Of a stretch of DNA of 64,000 nucleotides, positions 19,071-29,085 are shown in pieces. The notes under the pieces were generated by a model that saw nothing but the letters and a program-made list of their open reading frames with translations, made no database searches and was not told the origin of the DNA. The stretch lies in the NCBI GenBank assembly GCA_041665445.1, contig JBAYIV010000002.1:5836-69835 (forward strand), given 5' to 3'. Numbering within the stretch: position 1 is the first letter of the stretch; the number at the start of each line of letters is the position of its first letter. The position numbers were made by a program, and so were the translations under genes. This DNA comes from Minisyncoccota bacterium. GTDB taxonomy: Bacteria > Patescibacteriota > Minisyncoccia > UBA6257 > JAGOQP01.

Positions 19071-19493
19071 TCAGCGAACCATGTGCTCGCGAAATGTTTC
19101 GGTATACTGGCGATCCATGAGAAGAATATGATTAAAGAGCCAGTCACCGGAAAAAATAGCTATTTCCTTTGCAAGATCATGCATGTTTTTTTCTGGATCA
19201 TCAATAATCCCCAGGTATGATTTTATTTTTTCACGATATTGATTGTGCGCATTGATGTGCGCCGCGGCCTCCGGATAATGGAACTCGGCGAAATACGTTT
19301 CCTCCGTTCCTAAATGATACTGGACATATTCGCTCAATTCGCGAATCGGCGCGATGAGCGTCTCGCGAGACACATCTTTTTGATCAACCATATCCAGAAT
19401 CGAGTTTACTATGTCAAAAAAATGCTGATGCTGTTCATCGATTGACGCGACGCCAACGCTATAATTCTCGCTCCAAATAAATTTCTTTTGCAT
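19071..19493 (-). CDS. hemerythrin-like metal-binding protein (bacteriohemerythrin)
   Basis: IDEQHQHFF, HLGTEE, HINAHNQYRE, WLFNHI = the His/Glu ligand set of hemerythrin. Confidence 0.85.
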   Translation of the reverse strand: MQKKFIWSENYSVGVASIDEQHQHFFDIVNSILDMVDQKDVSRETLIAPIRELSEYVQYHLGTEETYFAEFHYPEAAAHINAHNQYREKIKSYLGIIDDPEKNMHDLAKEIAIFSGDWLFNHILLMDRQYTETFREHMVR

Positions 19494-19642
19494 ATTGGTA
19501 AATAATACTTTTTATGTTAATGCCCACCCAACAAAGTATACCCCCTCTTGACGCACGGCGCAACAAACAAAGACCACCCACATATTTTTATTGGAACGAC
19601 GCTCCCCCTTGTGATATGCTGGGCCTATTCTTTAAAAACTAT

Positions 19643-20782
19643 ATGAAAACCCCCGAATTATTTCCCACAATGACTCACGATAATCCACCCGACAAAGACA
19701 CGCAAAACACTATGGACACGCCCGCAAAAAGAACATCCCCGCTCCATCGACTCGCCGGATCCCCCGACAAAAAACGCGAGGAAGAAGCGCGCCACCTAAG
19801 TGCGGAAATGCTCCGCAACCAACCCGCCGGCGATCAACGCTATAAACACGAAGGAACTATTCTGGAAAAACTTTTTGGCGGAAAAAAACTGAAAGATATT
19901 GAAAAGCCCCACAGTGAACTTGACGCAGAGCTTATCGCGGGCATTAATCATCATCTTGCCTCTTTTGTTGAACGATACGGCGGACATTCCATAGACGTTC
20001 CCGAACAAGCCGTGCATTTCATAGACATTCACGTCAAACGATTGAATCCGCAGACACGCGACGAGATGTTTGGACTTGAGAACGGAGAACCGGGGTCGTG
20101 CGCGTCTGGATATTATAATACACGAAACGAAGCAATTATTATCAACGATCAATCCGCATCGTCACATCCTCTTGCGCGAGCTAAATTGCTCGCTCACGAA
20201 ATGATGCATCTGGAATCATTCGCATCGGCAACGCTTCCCGAACAAACAGAAAGCCAAACCCTCGACCCAAGACGGTCGGGATTGAGTGCGCGAGCGCACG
20301 ATACCGACACCGAGTCGCTCCCCTGGCATCTAAAACAGCTCAATGAAGCGGTGACCGAGGAACTCACTAAACGATTCCTACAAGAGTACGCACCCACGCA
20401 AGATATTTTTAAAAAAGATTTAGAAACCACGCGCCTCTTCAAAGAAAAGCTTGAAAAAGAAAAACACATTACCACTGTGGACGGCACGCCGATATCAACG
20501 GACGACATGGCGTTTGGCATCGACACTGGAGATGAATTTATGTACCAAGACTTTTCATACGGAGACGAGCGATCCGCCTTACGCACCCTCATAAAAACAA
20601 TACAAGAAAAAAATTCCGATCGGTTTGCATCCGAAGAGGCGGTCTTTGACGAATTTGCCAAGGCATACTTTGCGGGTAATTTGCTGCCCATCGCGCGCCT
20701 CATCAATAAGACCTACGGAGAAAAATCATTCCGTGCCGTCGGGAGGGATTTGATCGCTTTTATCCGCGCACACGAATCATAA
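19643..20782 (+). CDS. hypothetical protein with HExxH zincin-like motif
   Basis: LAHEMMHLESF; start chosen at MKTPELF, leaving a divergent promoter region; putative extended -10 TGATATGCT ~25 nt upstream. Confidence 0.55.
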   Translation: MKTPELFPTMTHDNPPDKDTQNTMDTPAKRTSPLHRLAGSPDKKREEEARHLSAEMLRNQPAGDQRYKHEGTILEKLFGGKKLKDIEKPHSELDAELIAGINHHLASFVERYGGHSIDVPEQAVHFIDIHVKRLNPQTRDEMFGLENGEPGSCASGYYNTRNEAIIINDQSASSHPLARAKLLAHEMMHLESFASATLPEQTESQTLDPRRSGLSARAHDTDTESLPWHLKQLNEAVTEELTKRFLQEYAPTQDIFKKDLETTRLFKEKLEKEKHITTVDGTPISTDDMAFGIDTGDEFMYQDFSYGDERSALRTLIKTIQEKNSDRFASEEAVFDEFAKAYFAGNLLPIARLINKTYGEKSFRAVGRDLIAFIRAHES

Positions 20783-20872
20783 GCGCCACATCAACAAAAC
20801 ACGTACCACACCAATCGTATATGGGAAATGCCGCTCAACGTGTAGTCGTAGCGGCATTTTTTGAGCCAACCC

Positions 20873-21136
20873 CTAGGGTAAGAATCCTTGCTCTGCGAGC
20901 CAAGACCGCAACCGAAGGAAAAGCCCCTCCGATTTTTTACCCAACACCGTATCAGCGCTGACTACCAGAAGCATATCCGCTTCCTGATCCCAATCAACGC
21001 CCTGTTCAAGAGAAAATGCCGTATCAAGTGCCATCGCCTGCCGATTAAATTCATGCGCAAACTCCAAGGTATAGCCAAAAGCGACAGCCACAAGCACTTT
21101 TTGATAAACTGCGCGAACATCGCGATACGTTGCCAT
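20873..21136 (-). CDS. hypothetical protein
   Basis: More protein-like composition than the overlapping + strand ORF; start at internal Met MATYRDV. Confidence 0.3.
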   Translation of the reverse strand: MATYRDVRAVYQKVLVAVAFGYTLEFAHEFNRQAMALDTAFSLEQGVDWDQEADMLLVVSADTVLGKKSEGLFLRLRSWLAEQGFLP

Positions 21137-21191
21137 GCGACCCTCCTCGAAAGCACCATTGAAAAACACGAATGTACCGCCGCGCAGTATA

Positions 21192-21419
21192 TTACTTTTT
21201 ACCGAGAAATCCAAAAACAATAAGATACACTATCGCGGGAATTAAAATCAGCGCCATAACCACCGTTCCCGTAAGGACAATTTTTTTATTGCGATTCAGT
21301 CGAGCGCGGACACGATTAAGCTGCGACTGACCAAGAACCGTAGGGGCGCCGCAATGCGGGCACGTCAGTGCCTCATCCGATACCGCCTGACCGCATTGTG
21401 AACATGGAAGAAGTGCCAT
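21192..21419 (-). CDS. zinc-ribbon protein with C-terminal TM helix
   Basis: CSQCGQ...CPHCGAP zinc ribbon; TM VVMALILIPAIVYLIVFGFLG. Confidence 0.45.
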   Translation of the reverse strand: MALLPCSQCGQAVSDEALTCPHCGAPTVLGQSQLNRVRARLNRNKKIVLTGTVVMALILIPAIVYLIVFGFLGKK

Positions 21420-21465
21420 ACTACTTTAAAGGGTCGCAATACAATCCGCACGTGTTATTAAGACA

Positions 21466-22857
21466 CTATCTGCGACGATCTCGTCCCTGCCCCCGGCTCA
21501 CAAATGGCCTTCGGCTAGAGCCGCTCCCGCCTCTAAAATTTTTTGAAGGAACCGTGTGAGCCGGCGCAACCCGATGCGGCTCTCGGCCTCCGATAAAGGT
21601 AAGCGCCAATCCCTTCTTGCCAGCGCGTCCGGTCCGACCAATGCGATGGATATAATCATCGTAGGTTGAAGGAAGATCATAATTGATAACGTGCGTCACA
21701 TCGGGGACATCAAGTCCGCGCGCCGCAACATCGGTAGCAACCAGAATAGCGATTCTTCCCTGCTTGAATGAACGCAATGTTTTTTCTCGATTCGCCTGAT
21801 ATTTATCTCCGTGAATAGCCATCGCGACAAACCCGCGCCGCTCCAAATCATCTGCAAGGTGCTGGACACCGATTTTTGTCTTTCCAAAAATCAAAACTTT
21901 TTTAAATTCTTTTTTCTTCAGGAGCGCGCTCAAAACATCCACTTTGTTTTCCGATAAGCTCACTCGAATAATATCTTGCTCAACATCCGACGATGTGTCG
22001 CGAAGCTTTGTCTCAATTTTTATCGGATGATCCGAAAATGTTTTCGTCAGATCATTAATCGCCTGTGGAACGGTCGCCGAGAAAAATACCGTCTGCCGAT
22101 CCTTACGTAATTGCCCGAGCAAAAACTTTACATCCGGCAAAAATCCCATATCCAACATCCGGTCCGCTTCATCCAAGACGGCATTTTGAAAAACATCCAA
22201 ATGAATGACTTTCCGATCAACCAGATCGCGCAATCGTCCCGGCGTACCGATTAGCAGATTAAACCCGCGCCGTATTTGAAATATCTGTTCTCGAATACTT
22301 TCGCCACCCACCGCAACAACCGAATACACACCCAAACCCTTGGCAAATTCCATGCATTCAACATTAATTTGAAGCGCCAGTTCGCGTGTCGGCGCAAGAA
22401 TCAATACTTTCTGCGTTTTGTCTTTTAAAACTTTATTGATAAGCGGGATCAAAAATGCCGCCGTTTTACCGGTGCCGGTATCAGCCAAACCAATAACATC
22501 CTTCCCTTTTAAAATGGGCGGAATAGTTTTGTCTTGAATCGATGTTGGTTTTGTAAAACCTTTTCGCGCGATATTCTGTTTTAACCGTCCGTCAATTTCA
22601 AAATCAGCAAACGTATATTGAGGAACGTACTCGCTCGTGGCATTGGTAACACTTGCCTTATTAATAAAGCGAGATTCATCGATGCGCTGGCCCTTCTGCG
22701 CTGATCGGCCGCGACCGCGTCCAAAATTGCGTCGTCCCGCATGTCCGCGCGGCGAAGTGCCCGCCGACGAAAAAGATGCTTCCGATGATGACCCAAAACT
22801 CCTCGCGCGATTGCTACCGGCATGCGCCGGTTTAGACTTGGTATAATGCGTATTCAT
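21466..22857 (-). CDS. DEAD-box ATP-dependent RNA helicase with Gly/Arg/Ser-rich N-terminus and RGG-type C-terminal tail
   Basis: Q-motif, ADTGTGKTAAF, VLDEAD, SAT, HRIGRTGRAG. Confidence 0.9.
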   Translation of the reverse strand: MNTHYTKSKPAHAGSNRARSFGSSSEASFSSAGTSPRGHAGRRNFGRGRGRSAQKGQRIDESRFINKASVTNATSEYVPQYTFADFEIDGRLKQNIARKGFTKPTSIQDKTIPPILKGKDVIGLADTGTGKTAAFLIPLINKVLKDKTQKVLILAPTRELALQINVECMEFAKGLGVYSVVAVGGESIREQIFQIRRGFNLLIGTPGRLRDLVDRKVIHLDVFQNAVLDEADRMLDMGFLPDVKFLLGQLRKDRQTVFFSATVPQAINDLTKTFSDHPIKIETKLRDTSSDVEQDIIRVSLSENKVDVLSALLKKKEFKKVLIFGKTKIGVQHLADDLERRGFVAMAIHGDKYQANREKTLRSFKQGRIAILVATDVAARGLDVPDVTHVINYDLPSTYDDYIHRIGRTGRAGKKGLALTFIGGREPHRVAPAHTVPSKNFRGGSGSSRRPFVSRGQGRDRRR

Positions 22858-23018
22858 ACGATAAATGCGTCACAGCTAAAATATAATGGCCCTGACAACA
22901 AGAACCTTTATAGTGCTACGACGCGCAGGATTCTTATGAGGGAGAGCCCAGTATGTACTTAATTTTATCTTTTGTCAACTTTTTATAAAAATGAATGCAG
23001 AGTTCCTTGACTCATGCA

Positions 23019-23067
23019 AAATAAAAACCGCCCCGCCGACCGCAATGCGGTCAAACGAGGCGGCTGT
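23019..23067 (-). terminator. rho-independent terminator downstream of cspA (compound GC hairpin plus UUUUUAUUUU)
   Basis: Minus-strand CAGCCGCCUCGUUUGACCGCAUUGCGGUCGGCGGGGCGGUUUUUAUUUU. Confidence 0.6.
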
Positions 23068-23082
23068 TTTTATCCGCGCAAA

Positions 23083-23280
23083 TTATGCACGAGTAACATT
23101 CTTGGCGTTCGGGCCCTTTTCTCCCTGGACAACCTCGAAGGTGACTTCATCGCCGACTCTGAGCTCGTCGAATGTGACGCCGCTCAAATCCTTCGAATGA
23201 AAGAAAAGGTCTTTCTCCTGGCCTTCCTGAGAAATAAAACCAAATCCCCGATCCGTCAATGTCTTGATTTTTCCATTCAT
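23083..23280 (-). CDS. cspA: cold-shock protein (CspA family, S1-like CSD)
   Basis: MNGKIKTLTDRGFGFISQEGQEKDLFFH, RNP1/RNP2 motifs. Confidence 0.9.
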   Translation of the reverse strand: MNGKIKTLTDRGFGFISQEGQEKDLFFHSKDLSGVTFDELRVGDEVTFEVVQGEKGPNAKNVTRA

Positions 23281-23441
23281 AATTAATTTTCTTTTTTACT
23301 ATTGGTGCTAGCTCCTAGAAACTCGACTACATCTCTTAGTTCTACCCCTGTATGGTACTATGGAATCTTTAAAATGTCAAGCTTTTTTAGCGCCGCACGG
23401 ACAAAGCGTACAAACCGTCCACATCGGCTACTAATGGCATA

Positions 23442-23972
23442 TTATGTATGTTTTTTCTTATGGTACAAAACTCGAACGACGATGATAAGCGCGACAATCA
23501 CTCCCATAGCAAGCACAACAATCCATCGAGAATCCGGCGCAAGAATACTAATGCCACCTAGAGCTCCCCAAATCGAGAAATACCACAGCGCGTCACCGAT
23601 GAGAATAAAGACAAGCGTATCAGCAAAAGAAAGCCGCAACCATGGCCCTAAAAATCCATTAACATACGGAAAATTTAAAAAACCCGACACCACCAGCGTG
23701 AGTCGACGGCCATTGGTACCGATGCGACGCTCTATCGCCGACACTAATTCGCCGGCGTGTCGCGCAAGCGACGAAGTGCCATATTTCTTTTTTATCCATC
23801 CGCCGAATTTAAAGCCAAGCGTTACATCGATTAGCGTCGCAACAAGCCACATCGCATGAACCGCAAAAATATTTATATGATTTTGATAGGCAAATCCAAA
23901 AACCGCGGCAACAACCGCCAATTCCTGCACCATCATCGCCGCCGCAATCGATAACCAGATAATCATACTCAA
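23442..23972 (-). CDS. integral membrane protein (DedA/YqaA-like topology)
   Basis: 176 aa, ~5 TM helices; the overlapping + strand ORF has non-protein-like composition. Confidence 0.45.
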   Translation of the reverse strand: MSMIIWLSIAAAMMVQELAVVAAVFGFAYQNHINIFAVHAMWLVATLIDVTLGFKFGGWIKKKYGTSSLARHAGELVSAIERRIGTNGRRLTLVVSGFLNFPYVNGFLGPWLRLSFADTLVFILIGDALWYFSIWGALGGISILAPDSRWIVVLAMGVIVALIIVVRVLYHKKKHT

Positions 23973-24099
23973 TAGACAAAACGAAAAATAACCCTCGCCT
24001 ATTGATACAAAAAAATTTCTCTTATTGTTTCATCTCGCGGTCCACATCTCACGCACCGCCCGCCGCATCCGAACTGACAATATCGGCGCGTGCCACGCG

Positions 24100-24810
24100 C
24101 TAAAGTGAAGCGCCGTTATGATTATTGTTTTTCTTTTGATGAAAAGCGGCGCGTGCGTCTTCGGATCGTTGCTTGCGCCATTCTTTGGGATTAATCTCAA
24201 GCCACTCCTTGTGGATGTTTTTTATAAACCACAAACCTGAGCAGGGATCGTCGATCTCAATAATAACCAAAAAAATCAACACGAAAAGATATGCGGTGCT
24301 TGAGATTAAAAGCGTCCCACTCCATACATCTGGATATTTTATTCCCATAAACGCGGCCAATACCGCCAACGAGAGCACGATCATCATGACGTGAACCAAC
24401 GGCGACATTTCTTCATCACGCAAATCAATAAACGTTTCAACGTCATATTTTTTAACCGCTGTACGCATTGTTTTATACTCGCTCCACACCGTAGAAAGCA
24501 CTACGGCAGTTAACAAGCTGTACAGAATACCGAACGTTGGAATCCATGCGGCCGCGATAATTCCCTCAAGCCCCTGATTAAAATAAATCCCCCGCTGATA
24601 AAGAGCATAGTACCAAAAGAATAAGATACCCACGACGAACGGGATCGGCATAACCAGCATAATGGCGCACTTAATCGCAAGCTCTACCGCTTTGGTGAAT
24701 CTGTGCTTGAGCCCTAAATGCCGATAGTGCTCTTTAAAAATAACGATGCTCCCGTTTTCTTGTGATTTCTCGTCAATTTTTCCGTTTATCATAGAATCTA
24801 AATATAACAC
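24100..24810 (-). CDS. hypothetical membrane protein
   Basis: 236 aa, 4 TM helices, charged C-terminal tail. Confidence 0.45.
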   Translation of the reverse strand: MLYLDSMINGKIDEKSQENGSIVIFKEHYRHLGLKHRFTKAVELAIKCAIMLVMPIPFVVGILFFWYYALYQRGIYFNQGLEGIIAAAWIPTFGILYSLLTAVVLSTVWSEYKTMRTAVKKYDVETFIDLRDEEMSPLVHVMMIVLSLAVLAAFMGIKYPDVWSGTLLISSTAYLFVLIFLVIIEIDDPCSGLWFIKNIHKEWLEINPKEWRKQRSEDARAAFHQKKNNNHNGASL

Positions 24811-24894
24811 ACTTATCTCAATGTGTCAATTTTTGCTCATATCAAAATTTGCACTAAACCACTTCTGCGAGAAAAACAAACCGGAATTAACAAA

Positions 24895-25950
24895 TCAGAA
24901 CACCCGCAACGGATGGCCCGCCAGAATATCCTCCACCTCCTGATAATTGGAGAGGAAGGCAAAATTGTACCGAGCCGGCAAAGCAAAAACATATGCCGTA
25001 CTACTCGCAAGCACGCTGGGGCCGATGGGGGCGGCGCCGATATGAAATGCATCACTCTGGAGTGCGCTCCATTGCACGGGAGTAAAAATCATTATCGGAA
25101 TATCCTGCATTGGCTGTGCCGCTGTCCACTGCGGACTTCTGATAGAAATAGTCGGTCCGGTCGCTACCGGCGTATCTCCGCTCGGCCCTATCGCGTCCCC
25201 TTTCCAAGTACTCGTCACAATAGAATATCCCTCCCAGCTGATCGGCAAAGCAAATGAAAATCGGTATTGAGAATTAGTATAGCTTGTGCCAGTAGCCGTC
25301 GATGGGCACAGCGCAAATGCGCAGTCGGGCCCCGTTCTTTCGACCGCCGAACCATCGGGACACAGCTTGGCTTCCTGCGTGCACGCCACCGATCCACTCA
25401 CATGAGGTGAAAGATACCAGATAGAGAAATTAAGATATCCCGCAAACGTCACCCAGAGAATATAGGGCACCAAAAGCCATGCGGCCGCCTTGGACACGCG
25501 CCAAAAGTTAATCATCACATACACAATTGAGATCCACAGCACAGCAATTTCAAAAAGCGCTGCGCCGGGCGAATGCAACCCGAAAAATAAGATTGACCAC
25601 GCGACATTGAGTGTCCATTGCACCCAAAAAAGCGCGACAATATTTACCTTTTGCAAATCCCCCGTCCACAAACGCTGGGAAAGTTTGTTCCATGCCTTAT
25701 GCGAGCCGACAGACAGAACATTGACCACCCGCCAGTCATTGTTCCACACCAGAAACAAAGAAACACCGATGAGTGCATACAGTGCCGTCCAGACTGGCCC
25801 GAACACCCACGCCGGCGGGTTGAGCGCGGGCTTGGCAAGCGTTGCATACCACGTCGCAATCGAGGGCGTGGTAAACACCGCGCCGATAATGCCGGCAAGC
25901 TCGGAAATAATAATTGCGATAATAAGTTTTGAAACTTTGTTTATGTGCAT
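24895..25950 (-). CDS. tspO: TspO/MBR (tryptophan-rich sensory protein) domain fused to a C-terminal Cys-rich extracytoplasmic domain
   Basis: LAKPALNPPAWVFGPVWTALYALIG...WNxxF signature of TspO; C-terminal CTQEAKLCPDGSAVERTGPDCAFALCP module also found in 38364..38909. Confidence 0.8.
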   Translation of the reverse strand: MHINKVSKLIIAIIISELAGIIGAVFTTPSIATWYATLAKPALNPPAWVFGPVWTALYALIGVSLFLVWNNDWRVVNVLSVGSHKAWNKLSQRLWTGDLQKVNIVALFWVQWTLNVAWSILFFGLHSPGAALFEIAVLWISIVYVMINFWRVSKAAAWLLVPYILWVTFAGYLNFSIWYLSPHVSGSVACTQEAKLCPDGSAVERTGPDCAFALCPSTATGTSYTNSQYRFSFALPISWEGYSIVTSTWKGDAIGPSGDTPVATGPTISIRSPQWTAAQPMQDIPIMIFTPVQWSALQSDAFHIGAAPIGPSVLASSTAYVFALPARYNFAFLSNYQEVEDILAGHPLRVF

Positions 25951-25984
25951 AGTGTGGCAACATGAAAAAATTACTTATTGTTTG

Positions 25985-25995
25985 AGTATATCACA
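25985..25995 (-). promoter_or_regulatory. extended -10 promoter TGTGATATACT ~35 nt upstream of the tspO-fusion start
   Basis: Minus-strand GTGTGATATACTCAAACAATAAG; shares TTGTTTGAGTATA with the 8744 element and AGTATATCAC with the 29265 element. Confidence 0.4.
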
Positions 25996-26143
25996 CCTTA
26001 AGAAACACAACCTCTTATCATCTGTTGTCACAATCATGTTAAAAAAATAACCCCCATACCAACGAGACCCTGCGGTCCATCGGCATGGGGGGTGAAACAT
26101 CATTAGTTTTAGTTGATTGATTCATTTGGTGCAGTGATCACCC

Positions 26144-27841
26144 TCACGAAGCCTTAGCGCAAAGAGCCTTGACGTTCTCTTTCTTGCGCCCCGGCTTGCG
26201 GCCAGCCAAGTCATCGCCGCGCAGCAAAAGGAAAGCGAAAGAAGGAAGCATCTCATCGGCCATCTGCCGATTCCGCTCTTTCCAATCAGAGGGCGAGAGC
26301 TCCAGTGTGAGGGCGATGATAGCAACATGCTCTTGAAAACGCATGATCACCTTGTCATCGACCTCGCACGTAGCCCATAAAGGATGCCGCGTGTTGAATC
26401 GCAGAACACCGCAGACCGTGTCCAGGATCCATAGCCGTTCGGAGCCCTCCATCTCCTCATAGAGGAACTGCAAACCCTCCGAATTCCCCTTTACCAACGT
26501 GCGCCGACGACCGTGCGGACCGGCGACGGTCAAGGGAGTGTGATTGAGACGCTCAACCTTTGCAGCCTCCTGATGACCAGCTCCTTTCCGTGTGCGCTCT
26601 GCCGCTCCTCCGGCAATTCCGTCGATCGACAAAGACTTTCCCTCGTCTGATCCGACGATACGCGCGTCCGGCTTGGCATGGCCATCGCCGATGGTGCCCT
26701 TCCCAAAGGACTTAATGACGTCCTTGAGATGCGAGAACTGCGGGTCGGAGAGAAGCCCCTCAATCACCAGCATGGAGCGACGCCCCAGTTGCTGATAGCG
26801 CTGGTCTTCTTTCTCCTCCCTCGCCCGATCGACGTAATTAACGCCAACCTGGTAGTACCACTCTTCGATAGCGACACACATTTCTACGAGTGCGTCGCTT
26901 ACCTGAAAGTGGTTTCTTCTCGCGTCAATTCTGATACCGCTTGAGAGAATCTCTCCCTCAAACAGTCCCGACGAAAGGGCGTTGTTAACCTCAGGCGCCA
27001 ACAGATTCGCGTGCTGAGTAAACGACGGGAAGGAGATACGGAAATCGTTTGAAGACTCGCCAATGAGCACCTTCCCGTGGCGTCCCTCGGCCGTTTTGTT
27101 GGCGAGGAAAAGGCGAAAAGTTACCGCATTCCCGTCGTTGCCGGAAACGGTTCTGATAGGAATCCGCTGTCCGGTAAACCGATCGGCGGTGAAGCGATCC
27201 TCCGTCACTCTTCCGTCGCGCTCGCGAAGAAAAACAGCAACGACGGTCTTGTGCCGTTTCATCGCTAGAGAATATTTATCAAGAATCCCCTCGCGCAAGA
27301 AAGGCACCGACGTTCGAGTAAGAGCGCGATCCTTCGTGAAAGACACTAGACGAACCTGCGTCCTCCACGGAACCCCGCCTTTCCCGCTTGGTTCTCGAGA
27401 GAAACAAAGATCATCGAGGGCACGAAACGGAACGTTTGGCGATTCAGCATCCTTGATGACGCTAGTCTCAAACGTCCACTGAAGATACGATCTGGGATTG
27501 CTCTTCGGAGTTGACGTGAAGGTGAAACGCTCACATTTCCCAATGGGGCACACCAGCCCGATGCCGAATCTCCCTAGATCGGTGGGGCACTTGTTTGAGT
27601 GTGCCACAGAGGCAAGAGCCTCCTCAAATTCATCCCGGGAAATGCCGTCTCCGTCATCTTCAACGGTCAGGGTTCGCTTCTGAAAATCAAGCGCTACCCG
27701 AACCTGAGACGCTCCTTTGTCGAGAGCATTTTGAACCTGCTCAAAAACAACATCCGGAAGCGTCTGGTAGGTTGCGGCAAGGAGAACAAGCGCGTTCCCC
27801 TTGTGAAACTCGACCGGACTCGACCCATTTCTTTCAGACAT
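26144..27841 (-). CDS. GHKL-superfamily (histidine kinase/HSP90/MutL-like) ATPase domain protein, 565 aa
   Basis: Bergerat-fold N-box EQVQNALDKGAS, G1 box VEDDGDGIS, G2 GRFGIGL; long C-terminal region without recognised motifs; GC-rich island. Confidence 0.7.
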   Translation of the reverse strand: MSERNGSSPVEFHKGNALVLLAATYQTLPDVVFEQVQNALDKGASQVRVALDFQKRTLTVEDDGDGISRDEFEEALASVAHSNKCPTDLGRFGIGLVCPIGKCERFTFTSTPKSNPRSYLQWTFETSVIKDAESPNVPFRALDDLCFSREPSGKGGVPWRTQVRLVSFTKDRALTRTSVPFLREGILDKYSLAMKRHKTVVAVFLRERDGRVTEDRFTADRFTGQRIPIRTVSGNDGNAVTFRLFLANKTAEGRHGKVLIGESSNDFRISFPSFTQHANLLAPEVNNALSSGLFEGEILSSGIRIDARRNHFQVSDALVEMCVAIEEWYYQVGVNYVDRAREEKEDQRYQQLGRRSMLVIEGLLSDPQFSHLKDVIKSFGKGTIGDGHAKPDARIVGSDEGKSLSIDGIAGGAAERTRKGAGHQEAAKVERLNHTPLTVAGPHGRRRTLVKGNSEGLQFLYEEMEGSERLWILDTVCGVLRFNTRHPLWATCEVDDKVIMRFQEHVAIIALTLELSPSDWKERNRQMADEMLPSFAFLLLRGDDLAGRKPGRKKENVKALCAKAS

Positions 27842-27883
27842 TTCTCTCTCCTCTGGTTCCTGTGACCCTCTGTTTCTTGATGG

Positions 27884-28621
27884 TTACGACTTCTTTTCTG
27901 ATCCGCTTATTCCCGAGACCTCCCTAGCCTTCTCACTACACAAGGCATTGAGCATTTTCGTTGCCTTGTAGAAACGATTTGAGAGATCAAAAACCAGCTG
28001 CCTGCCCGCATGTTCGCGGAAAAGGCGCCGTTGCTCGGAAGCGTTTTCGTCAATAACCATTTTTTCCAATCGCGGAAGGAGCAAAGAAACTATTTCATCA
28101 ACCCCCTTGAGCAAGTGGAGTGTTTCGCTCTCAAGCGATCCATACGCACTTGCCTCCGACTTGGGAACGTTTTGCTCGCCGTTGTTTGACGCGACAAACC
28201 GCCCCAAGTTCTGATCGGAATGCCGAGCACACATGAGCTCAACTTTTTTCATCCGATCAGCAGAAAGTCCGCGGCGACCGTGCAGTACCTGGAGCACCTC
28301 GCTTTCATGAGCGAGCCCCAGATTCTGGACGACTTGATCAAAAGAAATCTTTCCGATCGCGATCAGCTTTCCAAGCTGATACACGTGCGCATCAAGCGCT
28401 CCCAGCTCGACAACTTCATATCCCTTCTGTTCCAGAAAGTAACGAAGTTTGACGAGCACCAAACCGATCGGCACCTGACCCTTGGCCCATCGGGAGATGG
28501 TGTCCGAGTTCTTGATGCCGACGAAATTCATCAGTGCGGCTCGGCCCTTGACGCATCCCTTCTCTCCGAAGGTAAGATGCGAAAGGTAATCCTTGAGACA
28601 AGCAGATGTCATCCCGTTCAT
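27884..28621 (-). CDS. XRE-type helix-turn-helix domain protein (N-terminal HTH)
   Basis: NFVGIKNSDTISRWAKGQVPIGLVLVKLRYFL resembles HTH_XRE; start chosen at MNGMTSA, directly abutting the upstream small gene. Confidence 0.45.
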   Translation of the reverse strand: MNGMTSACLKDYLSHLTFGEKGCVKGRAALMNFVGIKNSDTISRWAKGQVPIGLVLVKLRYFLEQKGYEVVELGALDAHVYQLGKLIAIGKISFDQVVQNLGLAHESEVLQVLHGRRGLSADRMKKVELMCARHSDQNLGRFVASNNGEQNVPKSEASAYGSLESETLHLLKGVDEIVSLLLPRLEKMVIDENASEQRRLFREHAGRQLVFDLSNRFYKATKMLNALCSEKAREVSGISGSEKKS

Positions 28622-28914
28622 AGCAAGCCTCCTGTGCGTGGCACATCGACCACGACCTGGATGGGGATTGCCGCCAGAGCGCGCCACCCCTTTTCAAAAA
28701 GAGTGAGCGATTCCAGCTGTACCACTTGCCCCTTACGTGGAAGAATGTTCCCCCGCCAATCGCTGAACGAAAAGGTAATCCGTTCGCCCTTGGGAATTTC
28801 TCCCATTGAAGCCAGTAGTAAAACCGCCGCAAATCCGCCCGATGCCTCGCGATGAACACTAGCAACTACGCCTCGAACCGCCCCTTGATTGCTTAATGTG
28901 CCGCCGGTACTCAT
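28618..28914 (-). CDS. small hypothetical protein (98 aa), first gene of the GC-rich three-gene module
   Basis: Start MSTGGTLS preceded by AAGGAGGAAGG SD at 8-nt spacing. Confidence 0.4.
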   Translation of the reverse strand: MSTGGTLSNQGAVRGVVASVHREASGGFAAVLLLASMGEIPKGERITFSFSDWRGNILPRKGQVVQLESLTLFEKGWRALAAIPIQVVVDVPRTGGLL

Positions 28915-29085
28915 TGTCCTTCCTCCTTTCTTCTCTCTGCGCCTGTACACCTAGAAACCAACTCAACCAAACCAATGATGTAAATGTTGCTATATATTAT
29001 ATTAAAACAAACGCTTATTTCTGTCAATTTTTGAGTCACGCAAAAATGCCACATACCATGCCCCACCCGTAGTCTCGTGACGCGA

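Noticed and set aside
20888-21223. Plus-strand 111-aa ORF
   Set aside because: Extremely Lys/Arg/Cys/His-rich and antisense to a more plausible minus-strand ORF; strand bias of the locus favours minus
23302-23859. Plus-strand 185-aa ORF
   Set aside because: Antisense to the membrane-protein gene 23442..23972; Ser/Thr/Arg-rich nonsense-like composition
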